Positions 10,710 to 19,958 of a DNA stretch of 64,000 nucleotides are shown here, one piece after another. A program made the position numbers and the translations under genes. The stretch lies in assembly GCA_026397315.1 (NCBI GenBank), contig JAPLVC010000004.1, positions 79,666-143,665 on the forward strand, read 5' to 3'. Positions within the stretch are counted from its first letter, which is position 1; every line of letters begins with the position of its first letter. This DNA is from Candidatus Aenigmatarchaeota archaeon (GTDB lineage Archaea > Aenigmatarchaeota > Aenigmatarchaeia > QMZP01 > QMZT01). Below the pieces are notes generated by a model. The model worked only from the letters and a program-made list of their open reading frames with translations, ran no database searches and was not told the DNA's origin.

Positions 10710-13700
10710 ATGGGTAGGGCTACTTTCAGGGGTGGGTTGATCGTTTTTTCTGCACTTTTGTTGTCTTTCTTTTTTGTGTCCGTTTTGCCTTCGCTGGCAT
10801 ATTTCGCATTTGACGTTCCGGTCGTTGATAACCGCGACTTGGGCCTTTTCGCGAAAGGCGAACCTATGGACTTCAACATCAACATGACTTTCGACTACCC
10901 GTTCCCGCCCGCGGAGAACGCAACGCAGCTAACGGCCGAGGTCTGGAGAAACGGCGAGATGCTGCAGTCGAAGACGCTCACCTTGAGCAAGTTCCTTGAG
11001 AAATATAAAATCGCCAGCAACGGCAAATACGCGTTCCGCCCCATATATTTCAACTTCTCGGTTTTCGTCGAGGCCAAGAACGTTTCCTACTCGCCGACGA
11101 CGTTCACATACGGCGTGCGCCAGTCGAGGAGAACGCCCTACGAGAACGAGGATGACAAGAAATGGAAGGTTTCCGGCAGGATTGTGCAGGGCACACAATA
11201 TGGTTTCGACATATACAACAACTATTGTTCCGGCCCGTGGGATTTCAACGAACAAGCTTGGCCCGTATCACGCGGATATATGTGCTACAGGCAGGCGGGC
11301 GACGAGGAGTGCAGGAAAGGTGGCGTGTCGGCCATAGAGTGTAAGGCCACTTACGGCAGCACCGGCACCGCCCCCTGCGCCTTATGTTGCAGCCCCAGAT
11401 GTCAACTGTCCAACACCGATTGTGTGTGCATGAAATCCGGCTTAAACGAAGATTGTGATACGGAGAATATGCCATGCACCAAGTTCCAACAAAATCCGCA
11501 GCAACATTGGGTCACGGTACAAAGCACATGCTGCGTGGAGCAGGAAATTTTAGGTTACACATGTTCCGCGTCAATCAACGGAATTTGTTTAAAGAACAAT
11601 GAAGCGGGAAGTCACGAAGAAACTATTGAAATATCGAGGGGCACTTGGGACGAGGTTTCCGGCGAGACTTCATGGACAGCGCCGGTGCAAAAAGGAGCTG
11701 TCCTTTATTTCGAAGTCGGTGACAGCAGGAACGTGCCCAACGACCCAATCGCGTCGCCGGCAGTGCCTAACATGAAATGGTCTTCCGCGCATTCGTGGAA
11801 ATTCGAGACCTATGTGATACCCACGCAAAGCGTGAACGGCAAGGTGCTCAGGGTTTACCCGGACGACGGCATGAGATATTTCTTTTACAAGCTTGATGCA
11901 AACAACAACTGGGTGCCTGCAAGCACTCAGAACTGGTCCTGCGTTACGGGCCAGTTCGACAATACCGTCCTTGCGGACGGCAAGACTCCTACAAAAATAA
12001 ACGGCTGCCCGATTTCTCTTTATATGAATAAAAATTCGTGGTATAAGCTCGAGTTCTATCTTTACAACGACCCATGGGGCAGGAGCGAAGGCGGCGGAGA
12101 AAGCAGCGACAGCGAAAACCCGCTAGGCCTGAGAATCGAGGACTACCAGACCAAGTCAGCGTCCCTGCTTGACATCCTCGGGACCGGGAGCATCATGAGC
12201 AGCGAGCCGCCGGGAGACGACGGCGCGGTCATAGGCGGCTCCGCGACAGTATTTGCGAACGAGGGCCTCAAAGAAATAAGGGACTTCAAGATGTTCGCCA
12301 CCACGCACTCGGTCGACAGCTGCTCCAGCGGCGTCGACTGCTCGATGAGGGCAGCCTGCGGCAACTCTGATTACAACGGGGTGAAGACGAACAAGTATGG
12401 TTGGATACTCAACCACGCCATTTACCCGTTCGAGTGGAGCGACGTGGGCGGCGTTTCGACGACGAAAGCCGGCTACATAACCAGCACCGGCAAGAACGGC
12501 GGGGAAAAAATGGCCATCGACGCGCCGAGCATAACACCCGTGAACGGATACGGGAGATACAAATACACCAACATGTGGTTTGACGACAACACGAGGCATT
12601 ACATCGGTGGCATTTACAAATGCGCGAAGGAATGGCCTTCATGGGCGGCTGACTGTCCGGAAGAGAATAACAGATACAGCTACGCGAGAGGCTCTGACCA
12701 GATAAAATGCTGCTACGTCAGTTCGACCGTCACTGGCACCGACCAGAAAGTGACCATCGAATATGACACTAGATACCAATACATTATAAACTTCCTTCCC
12801 GGCGCGGGCGACAAGCTCTGCGTCGCTTCGGAATACAACGCAGGCAGCGGGGCTGCCATGCAGACGGTCTATCAGTCCAATTACACGAACGCGCTGTGCG
12901 ACACGAAGACGGGAAGCCGCTGCTGCTACTGCAGGCCCGGATGGGGCTGCAAGATGGACTGCTCCAACGAACTTAACATGACGGCTTCCAGCAAGTTCGC
13001 GCTACCGTTCCCGGCAATAGGACCTTTCTGGGAGATTAAGAACGCGCGCATAAGATTCGAAGCTACAGAGCCGCCGGTCGTCATCAACCTTACGTCGGAA
13101 GGCAACGCCCAGGACGGGTGGGACATAAAGGCGAATCTCGGCGACAGGGCGACGCTGATGCTGGACAAGAACTATACCATACCTCTCAACCTTTACAATG
13201 ATTTCGGCCTCAAGGCGCCTGATGAAATGCTGACTGGCGCGAGGGATACACTGAGGCTTTCGCTCAACACTTCCACGACGCTCAGCGGATTTTACATACC
13301 ATTCTGCAGGATGGAAAACGGCAACACCAGAATATCCTGCGACTACACGTTCCACACGGTAGACTGCACTAAGGAAGGCGTCAGGAGCAGCTATTACGAT
13401 GAAGAAACGTATCCCGCTACCAAGGGCAAGGGCGCGTGCAAAGCGGGCGTCAGGACATGCGTCAAGTTAGGCGAGAACAACCTTAGGTGGGTCTACGACA
13501 CCACGAACGACATGCCCGTCTACCCTGCGCCGGAAACGTGCAACGGCAAGGACGACGACTGCAACGGGCTGGTCGACGATGTGAAGACTTTCGACATGAT
13601 AATAAATGAAATAATAAGCGCTGGCGGCAAGAAAAACCCATACCAGGTCACGAAGTGCGCCTGTTTCATGGGAGCTGCGTCGTCTGACGAACGTTGCAAC

Positions 13701-16700
13701 AACATAGACGACGACTGCAACGGCGTCGTGGACGACAGCTCTGTTACAATGTGGTCTAACACCTGCGACAGCGCCGTCAAGCAATGTGTGAAAGAAGGCA
13801 GCCCGTACGAGTGGTGCAAGAGCCTTTACAACTCAACGCAATGCTCGCTTACACAAACGCAGATAACAGTGACGGGCAACGTTACTGTGAACACGTGCAC
13901 GGAAAAGATGCGCGCCTGCATGGACAACGCTCACGTTCTGCCGTCCGGTACACAGGTCAAATTCACATACGAAGAATGCAAACAGTTCTACAACAACTAT
14001 TCCTGTTTCTTTAATGAGAAGAAAATCGTCGCGCTGGGCGACACGTGCAGGTGCACGCTTTCTAATCCGCAGCCTGAAACGTGCAACGGCGTTGACGACG
14101 ATTGTAACAACATAATAGACGACGTGGAAAACGCCACAACATGTGGCTGCGCTTTCCTTATGAACACGTCACTTGTCGCTAACCTGAAGGCATCCGGCGA
14201 CGTTTCCTGCGACGGCATAGATTCCGACTGCAACGGCGCGATAGACGACGGGGCGAAAAATTGCGCGTGCACAGGGAGACCGGCGATAGACGTGGTTGAA
14301 ATAAAAGGCAAGGTCAAGGAGATGTGCGACGGCATAGACAACGACTGCAACGGCCTCACCGACGAGGCGTTCCCGCAGGTGGGCAAGCCGTGCGGCTACG
14401 GCCTGTGCTCGGGCGGCATATACGTCTGCGGAGTGCACGGCGACAAGGCCGTGTGCAACACCACTGTCAATCCGGACGAGACTTTCAACGGCAAGGCCAT
14501 AAAGCTCAACTACGCCGAGACGTGCGATCTCAGGGATAACGACTGCGACTATTCGATTGACGAGGACTGCTCCTGCACGCCGGAAAGCGCTGTCAAGCTG
14601 TGCGGCTACCAGAGCGGCATTTACTACAAAGATAAAACGCAGCTCACGCAGACGTGCAATCAGGCCATGACCGAGCTGAAGAAGCTCATCACGTGGGCCG
14701 AAGCGCCTGAGAACGTGAAATACAGGCGCATGCTCACGGTCAGGAACAACGAAAACGTGGCGCTGGAAAACTACCCGATAAACTTCAGCCTGAACACTTT
14801 CATGTTGAACCAGACCAAGAAGATGCGTCCGGACGGCGGCGACCTGAGAATATTGCCAGCCGACGGAGAGAAAAATCTCGACTGGAACAACTCCAATCCA
14901 TTCGTCAGGGCGCAGACGACCATATGGTTCAAGGCTAGCCTCCCGGCAAACCAGGAGAAGAAATTCTACGTTTATTACGGCAATCCCACAGCGACGTACA
15001 AACCGGTCACGCTTAGCGAAGTCACGGGACTCACTTACGGCATAGGAGTCTTCCTTTTATGCCATTTCGAAGGCACGACCGCTTGCGAGGGAAACATGGT
15101 GCCCAGATATGACAACGGCGTGACATTCCAGAGCGCACAGAGGGAGCTTCTGGGCGAAGTGGTCGATACGCAGGGAGCCTTCATAAACGGCTTCGACAAG
15201 CTCACTTACCCGACTTCCGAGAACTTCAACAAGAACCGCGGCACGGTAATGATGTGGTTCTATCCTGAAGACGTGACGGAAGATCATTACCTGTTCTATT
15301 CTACCGACCTTTCGGGCAATCCGCAGTTCGGCCTGCATTTCAACGAGAACGGCACGTTCTTCGAGGCGTACGACAAGCTCGGCAACGCCCGCAGGATAAA
15401 CGGCGGAATAGTCAATATCGGCTGGCATCACATAGCCGTCACATGGGACAACCTCAAGGGCACGAAAATATACATGGACGGAGCCCTGAGAAACAGCACA
15501 TCCGCTTCATGGGAAGCGAATGACATAGGCGTTGATGTGTACGTCGGCGGCGACGGGACGTCAAAGACGGCTTATTCGCTAATCGACGAGCTGGCGGTCT
15601 ACTCGCAGGAGCTCGACCAGGCATCCATACGCGAGAAGATGCGCTATTACAAGCCTTATGTGACGATGGGTCCTGAGGAGACTCTGAACGAAACCGTGGC
15701 TACGACCGAAACTGATGTGTATGAAAAATGCACGGTAATGCTGCAGAACATAAGCGCGGACGAGGCGAAGAAGGCGACGATACTCAGCCTCTGCGATACT
15801 GTAAGGATATGCAGCAAGACCGACTTCCCGATAAATTCCATAAGCGAATGCACGTTCGGCGTGCAGACGTGCGCTAGCGGTCAATGGGCCGCATGCACGG
15901 CAGTCCAGCCGAAGACCGAAGTGTGCAACCTTAAAGACGACGACTGCAACGGGCTGATAGACGATGTCGCGGTGCCGGAAACATGTGCATGCTCAAACGG
16001 CGGCGAGCCCGGCATCGAGTTGTGCAACGGCATTGACGACGACTGCAACGGCAAGATAGACGATGTGAGAGGCATGGACACGGCGTTCTCGACGCACTGC
16101 GGATGCTACGACCAGATCGTCAACATCACGCAGAAGAACTCGGAGAAAGAAACGCTGTGCAATGCCATAGACGACAACTGCGACGGCACTATAGACGAGG
16201 GCATAGAGAAGTGCGCGTGCGCGGGAACGTCTTTCAATTCAGCTCTCAACTCAGTGGGGCCCGCTGTCGGAGAAGAGAAGTGCGACGACGTGGACAACGA
16301 TTGCAACATGGTAATAGACGACCCGTGGATACAGGGCGGAACCTCGGCGACAAAGTTCGATTACCTTGGAGCGCCGTGCAGCCCGCTCAGCAGCAGGTGC
16401 GTGGGCGGCGTATTCGTATGCTCCAAGACTGCGACGGACATGGTGTGCAGCACGTCCTCCGGCGACGGCATAAAAGGCCAGGACCTGAGGACGAACGAGA
16501 CGTGCAACCTACTCGACGACGACTGTAACGGCAAGATTGACGACATATGGGGCGACATCTCGGGCAAGTTCTGCAGATGCTACAATGGCGTGCCGAGAGC
16601 GAACGAGACGTGCAACGGCATAGACGACGATTGTAACGGCCTGATAGACGACGGCCTCGGCAATTGCGGATGCGCATTTGACATCGAAGACAACGTCAAC

Positions 16701-18080
16701 AACATCAATCAGCTTTCCATCCTGATAAGCGCCAAGAAAGCGGGCGGCGAGACGTGCAACAACATAGACGACGACTGCAACGGAGCGGTGGACGACGGGC
16801 TCGGGAGCGAATGTTTCTGCTCGGGCGGCTTTGCAGGCAACGCGGCGACAAAGCCCGAATTCTGCAATGGTTTCGACGACGATTGCAACGGCGTCATTGA
16901 CGACGTAACTTATCCTGAAACATGCGCCTGCTACAACGGAACCGTCAAAGCAGGCAAGCAGGCGGAAATATGCGACGGCATCGATAACGATTGTAACGGG
17001 CTCGTCGACGAGGACTGGCCCATGCTCGGCAGCATGTGCGGCGTCGGCGCCTGCTCGAACGGCGTTTACGAATGCCTGCCAAGCGGAACCGGAACCGCAT
17101 GCTCGACCATGGAAGGCGGCTCGGATGACAAATCGAAAGACGAGGAATGCGGCAATAATATTGACGATAACTGCAACGCGGTCACGGACGAGAACTGCAT
17201 CTGCGACGTGGCCGGCGAGACCAGGAAGTGCAGCTCCAACGTGGGCGAATGCAGGGAAGGCGTACAGACGTGCAGCGCTGACAAGGAATGGAGCGGTTGC
17301 ATAGGCGGCGTGCTGCCTGCGATTGAAACGTGCAACGGCAAGGACGACGACTGCAGCGGAGCGATAGACGATTTATCGGGCGGCAAATGCGGCTGCTACG
17401 GAGGGGCGTCGCCCAAGACTGAGTCGTGCAACGGCATCGATGACGACTGTAACGGGGCGATAGACGATGTAAGCGGCAAGAGCTCAGTCGAAGCGACGCA
17501 GTGCGGCTGCTACGACAACGCTTACGCGAAGGGCGCTAAACCGGAGGCGTGCAACAGGATTGACGACGACTGCGACGAGATCATAGACAATGTTAAGGAC
17601 GGCACTTCAGTCGAATCCGCGAGATGCGCCTGCTACAACAACGGTTATGCAGGCGTTGAAAGCTGCAACGGCATAGACGACGACTGCGACGAGGCGACGG
17701 ATGAGGACTGGCCGAACGTTGGTCAGGACTGCGGCCAGGGCATATGCACTTCGACTTTCGTATGCTCGCCCGACGGCAAGACGCTTTCATGCAATGGCGC
17801 AATGCCACAGACGGAAGTATGCGACGGCAAGGACAACAACTGCAACGGGCTGGTCGATGAAGGATGCTTCGGCTCAGAGGTCGGCAGTTGCGAGAACATG
17901 GTGCAGGACAGCAACGAGGAAGGGATTGACTGCGGCGGCGTATGCCCGGTGGCATGCTCGGCCCAGCAGATCATAAATCCCGCATCCGGCTCGTGGATGA
18001 TAGTCTTCGCCGCGCTTGTGGTAGTCATAGTCGCGGTAGGCATAGTCCTGGTGTTCATGAAACCGGGAGCGTCGGTTTAA
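10710..18080 (+). CDS. Giant (2456 aa) membrane-anchored Cys-rich surface protein with about 21 ExCNGxDDDCNG (MopE-like) repeats, a DUF2341-like domain and a LamG-like domain
   Basis: N-terminal signal/TM; repeats counted by eye; YRRMLTV...DGGDLRI...IWFKASLPAN...YVYYGNP; WHHIAVTWD...IYMDG...IDELAVY; C-terminal EGIDCGGVC plus TM. Confidence 0.85.
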   Translation: MGRATFRGGLIVFSALLLSFFFVSVLPSLAYFAFDVPVVDNRDLGLFAKGEPMDFNINMTFDYPFPPAENATQLTAEVWRNGEMLQSKTLTLSKFLEKYKIASNGKYAFRPIYFNFSVFVEAKNVSYSPTTFTYGVRQSRRTPYENEDDKKWKVSGRIVQGTQYGFDIYNNYCSGPWDFNEQAWPVSRGYMCYRQAGDEECRKGGVSAIECKATYGSTGTAPCALCCSPRCQLSNTDCVCMKSGLNEDCDTENMPCTKFQQNPQQHWVTVQSTCCVEQEILGYTCSASINGICLKNNEAGSHEETIEISRGTWDEVSGETSWTAPVQKGAVLYFEVGDSRNVPNDPIASPAVPNMKWSSAHSWKFETYVIPTQSVNGKVLRVYPDDGMRYFFYKLDANNNWVPASTQNWSCVTGQFDNTVLADGKTPTKINGCPISLYMNKNSWYKLEFYLYNDPWGRSEGGGESSDSENPLGLRIEDYQTKSASLLDILGTGSIMSSEPPGDDGAVIGGSATVFANEGLKEIRDFKMFATTHSVDSCSSGVDCSMRAACGNSDYNGVKTNKYGWILNHAIYPFEWSDVGGVSTTKAGYITSTGKNGGEKMAIDAPSITPVNGYGRYKYTNMWFDDNTRHYIGGIYKCAKEWPSWAADCPEENNRYSYARGSDQIKCCYVSSTVTGTDQKVTIEYDTRYQYIINFLPGAGDKLCVASEYNAGSGAAMQTVYQSNYTNALCDTKTGSRCCYCRPGWGCKMDCSNELNMTASSKFALPFPAIGPFWEIKNARIRFEATEPPVVINLTSEGNAQDGWDIKANLGDRATLMLDKNYTIPLNLYNDFGLKAPDEMLTGARDTLRLSLNTSTTLSGFYIPFCRMENGNTRISCDYTFHTVDCTKEGVRSSYYDEETYPATKGKGACKAGVRTCVKLGENNLRWVYDTTNDMPVYPAPETCNGKDDDCNGLVDDVKTFDMIINEIISAGGKKNPYQVTKCACFMGAASSDERCNNIDDDCNGVVDDSSVTMWSNTCDSAVKQCVKEGSPYEWCKSLYNSTQCSLTQTQITVTGNVTVNTCTEKMRACMDNAHVLPSGTQVKFTYEECKQFYNNYSCFFNEKKIVALGDTCRCTLSNPQPETCNGVDDDCNNIIDDVENATTCGCAFLMNTSLVANLKASGDVSCDGIDSDCNGAIDDGAKNCACTGRPAIDVVEIKGKVKEMCDGIDNDCNGLTDEAFPQVGKPCGYGLCSGGIYVCGVHGDKAVCNTTVNPDETFNGKAIKLNYAETCDLRDNDCDYSIDEDCSCTPESAVKLCGYQSGIYYKDKTQLTQTCNQAMTELKKLITWAEAPENVKYRRMLTVRNNENVALENYPINFSLNTFMLNQTKKMRPDGGDLRILPADGEKNLDWNNSNPFVRAQTTIWFKASLPANQEKKFYVYYGNPTATYKPVTLSEVTGLTYGIGVFLLCHFEGTTACEGNMVPRYDNGVTFQSAQRELLGEVVDTQGAFINGFDKLTYPTSENFNKNRGTVMMWFYPEDVTEDHYLFYSTDLSGNPQFGLHFNENGTFFEAYDKLGNARRINGGIVNIGWHHIAVTWDNLKGTKIYMDGALRNSTSASWEANDIGVDVYVGGDGTSKTAYSLIDELAVYSQELDQASIREKMRYYKPYVTMGPEETLNETVATTETDVYEKCTVMLQNISADEAKKATILSLCDTVRICSKTDFPINSISECTFGVQTCASGQWAACTAVQPKTEVCNLKDDDCNGLIDDVAVPETCACSNGGEPGIELCNGIDDDCNGKIDDVRGMDTAFSTHCGCYDQIVNITQKNSEKETLCNAIDDNCDGTIDEGIEKCACAGTSFNSALNSVGPAVGEEKCDDVDNDCNMVIDDPWIQGGTSATKFDYLGAPCSPLSSRCVGGVFVCSKTATDMVCSTSSGDGIKGQDLRTNETCNLLDDDCNGKIDDIWGDISGKFCRCYNGVPRANETCNGIDDDCNGLIDDGLGNCGCAFDIEDNVNNINQLSILISAKKAGGETCNNIDDDCNGAVDDGLGSECFCSGGFAGNAATKPEFCNGFDDDCNGVIDDVTYPETCACYNGTVKAGKQAEICDGIDNDCNGLVDEDWPMLGSMCGVGACSNGVYECLPSGTGTACSTMEGGSDDKSKDEECGNNIDDNCNAVTDENCICDVAGETRKCSSNVGECREGVQTCSADKEWSGCIGGVLPAIETCNGKDDDCSGAIDDLSGGKCGCYGGASPKTESCNGIDDDCNGAIDDVSGKSSVEATQCGCYDNAYAKGAKPEACNRIDDDCDEIIDNVKDGTSVESARCACYNNGYAGVESCNGIDDDCDEATDEDWPNVGQDCGQGICTSTFVCSPDGKTLSCNGAMPQTEVCDGKDNNCNGLVDEGCFGSEVGSCENMVQDSNEEGIDCGGVCPVACSAQQIINPASGSWMIVFAALVVVIVAVGIVLVFMKPGASV

Positions 18081-18123
18081 TCGGAATTCAATACGGCAAC
18101 GAGAACAGAATGGGTGTGTTGGA

Positions 18124-18540
18124 ATGAAGGGTATCTCACCTTTGGTAGCCACTATAATGCTGATAGCCTTCGCTCTTGCGGTTTCCGGCATGCTTTTCTC
18201 GTGGGTTTACCAGTTCACCTATGCACAGAGAGAGGAATTGCAGTTATGCTCCTCGGCACAGATATCCCTGAACAATGCATACTACAACCCGCAGACGGGC
18301 AACATCAACATGGTCGTTTATAATACAGGCGGCGTGCCGCTGACAGGCTTTGCCGTGCTCATATCGACTGACAAGAGTGCTGAAACGTCGAAAGACTTCG
18401 CGACAAAGGAAGTCGCAGTGAACGACATAGGCCTTTTCCCGGTGAAATACAGCGAAGGCGTCCGCTCGATAGTCGTGCAGTCCACGCAGTGCAGGAACGC
18501 GCAGGACATGATAAGCATCTATGACGTAGAGGGATTGTGA
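18124..18540 (+). CDS. Archaeal type IV pilin-like protein
   Basis: Class III signal peptide MKG|ISPLVATIMLIAFALAV. Confidence 0.88.
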   Translation: MKGISPLVATIMLIAFALAVSGMLFSWVYQFTYAQREELQLCSSAQISLNNAYYNPQTGNINMVVYNTGGVPLTGFAVLISTDKSAETSKDFATKEVAVNDIGLFPVKYSEGVRSIVVQSTQCRNAQDMISIYDVEGL

Positions 18541-18606
18541 CTGTAAATCAATAGACTGCAATATATTATACTAAATAAAAAAATATAATATTGGAGAGTG
18601 AGGGCA

Positions 18607-19821
18607 ATGGATAAAGATAAAAACAGGGCAATGGCAGCGGTTTTTCTCGTTTTCATATCATGCGTTTTAATCACCATAAGCTTTTCATCGATCACCCAGG
18701 TATCGGCCGCGGTAAATATTGAAAAAACATGGGACTGCTCCAGCGGCTTCTCATGTGGAAGCAATACAATGGGCCTGTGCACGTCTACACTAAAGCCGTA
18801 TCTTTCCATGTTCAACAACCAGTATTCTTTCAGCCTTGCTGTCGAGAAGCCCGGCGCCTATACATGCACTGTAAAAGTGACTGCGAACCACTTCGACTTC
18901 CCAGATGGCAAGACGGACGAGCCGAACGAGGTGACGGACGTCTCGCTTAACGGCATCACGATAGGCTCGACCGTGGACAGCTGGTGCCAGCCGGGCAGCG
19001 TGCCATGCGTCAACCCGGATGTGTGCACGACTTGCCTGTCATACGGATGCACGCAAAAATACAATGGCGACTGCCCTGACGGTTGCAGATGCCCGTGCAA
19101 GACGCCGTCCGAATCCGGCAATAGCATGAATGCCCTGCAAAGCAGCAGCGGCTCCTTCGGCGGCTCCATATGTTTCAATATAAAGAATCTCAACGCTCTG
19201 ATAAATTCGGCGCACAGGGATGGCGAGGGAGCTGTTATAGCGTTCAGCAGCCCGAACAACAGGCAATATTTCGCCATAATACACGGTATTGGCGGGAGCA
19301 TACTTTTCCACAGGTTCGGATTCTGCTTTGCATGCTCATGCACGAACTGGTGCGGCGTAGGCGGCGCTGGAACAATTACCGCCAGGGAAGGAGTCACGTA
19401 TAAAATACAGAAGACAGGTCCGTACACACTGGCTTTTTCCGACGGCACAACAACCCTAACATATAATGCAGCCAATGACAATGACAACGGAGCGACCATA
19501 CAACAAAAGTTCCGGAACGGCATAGAGTTATCGCAGTATTGCGTTGGTTCGGGATGCGCGTGGAATGGCCATCCTTTCTTCCCTTTCGTGGACGGCAATG
19601 CGGCAATTGAAATAGTCGATTGCAGCATCGGTGTAATATGCGACAATGACGGCACATGCGATGTCGGCGAGAATCCCGTCAACTGCCCGAATGATTGCGG
19701 CGGAAACGACGGAGAATGCAAAAACATGGATGAAAGATGCAGCATATCGGCCGGCGATTGCTGCACCGGCTTAATCTGTATAAAGGTGGGGCCGGTCAAT
19801 CGCTGCGTGCCGGCAGATTAA
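18607..19821 (+). CDS. Secreted Cys-rich protein, paralogue A (conserved N-module, variable middle, C-terminal knottin-like motif)
   Basis: Signal peptide; N-module shared with 23369..24571; CDNDGTCDVGENPVNCPNDC; C-x6-C-x6-CC-x4-C-x8-C end; no TM anchor. Confidence 0.8.
   Translation: MDKDKNRAMAAVFLVFISCVLITISFSSITQVSAAVNIEKTWDCSSGFSCGSNTMGLCTSTLKPYLSMFNNQYSFSLAVEKPGAYTCTVKVTANHFDFPDGKTDEPNEVTDVSLNGITIGSTVDSWCQPGSVPCVNPDVCTTCLSYGCTQKYNGDCPDGCRCPCKTPSESGNSMNALQSSSGSFGGSICFNIKNLNALINSAHRDGEGAVIAFSSPNNRQYFAIIHGIGGSILFHRFGFCFACSCTNWCGVGGAGTITAREGVTYKIQKTGPYTLAFSDGTTTLTYNAANDNDNGATIQQKFRNGIELSQYCVGSGCAWNGHPFFPFVDGNAAIEIVDCSIGVICDNDGTCDVGENPVNCPNDCGGNDGECKNMDERCSISAGDCCTGLICIKVGPVNRCVPAD
18927..18988 (+). 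repeat. 62-nt direct repeat, copy 1
   Basis: Matches 23713-23774 with one mismatch. Confidence 0.95.
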
Positions 19822-19958
19822 GGATAGTGCGGCGACGGCCCCTGCGACACGGACGAAACCAGATTTAACTGCCAGTCAGACTGCGGGCAGGAACCGGCGT
19901 GACATCATTATAATTGAAATGCGTGTGAGCGCGTGATATTGATCGGAGGTGTTGGTTG

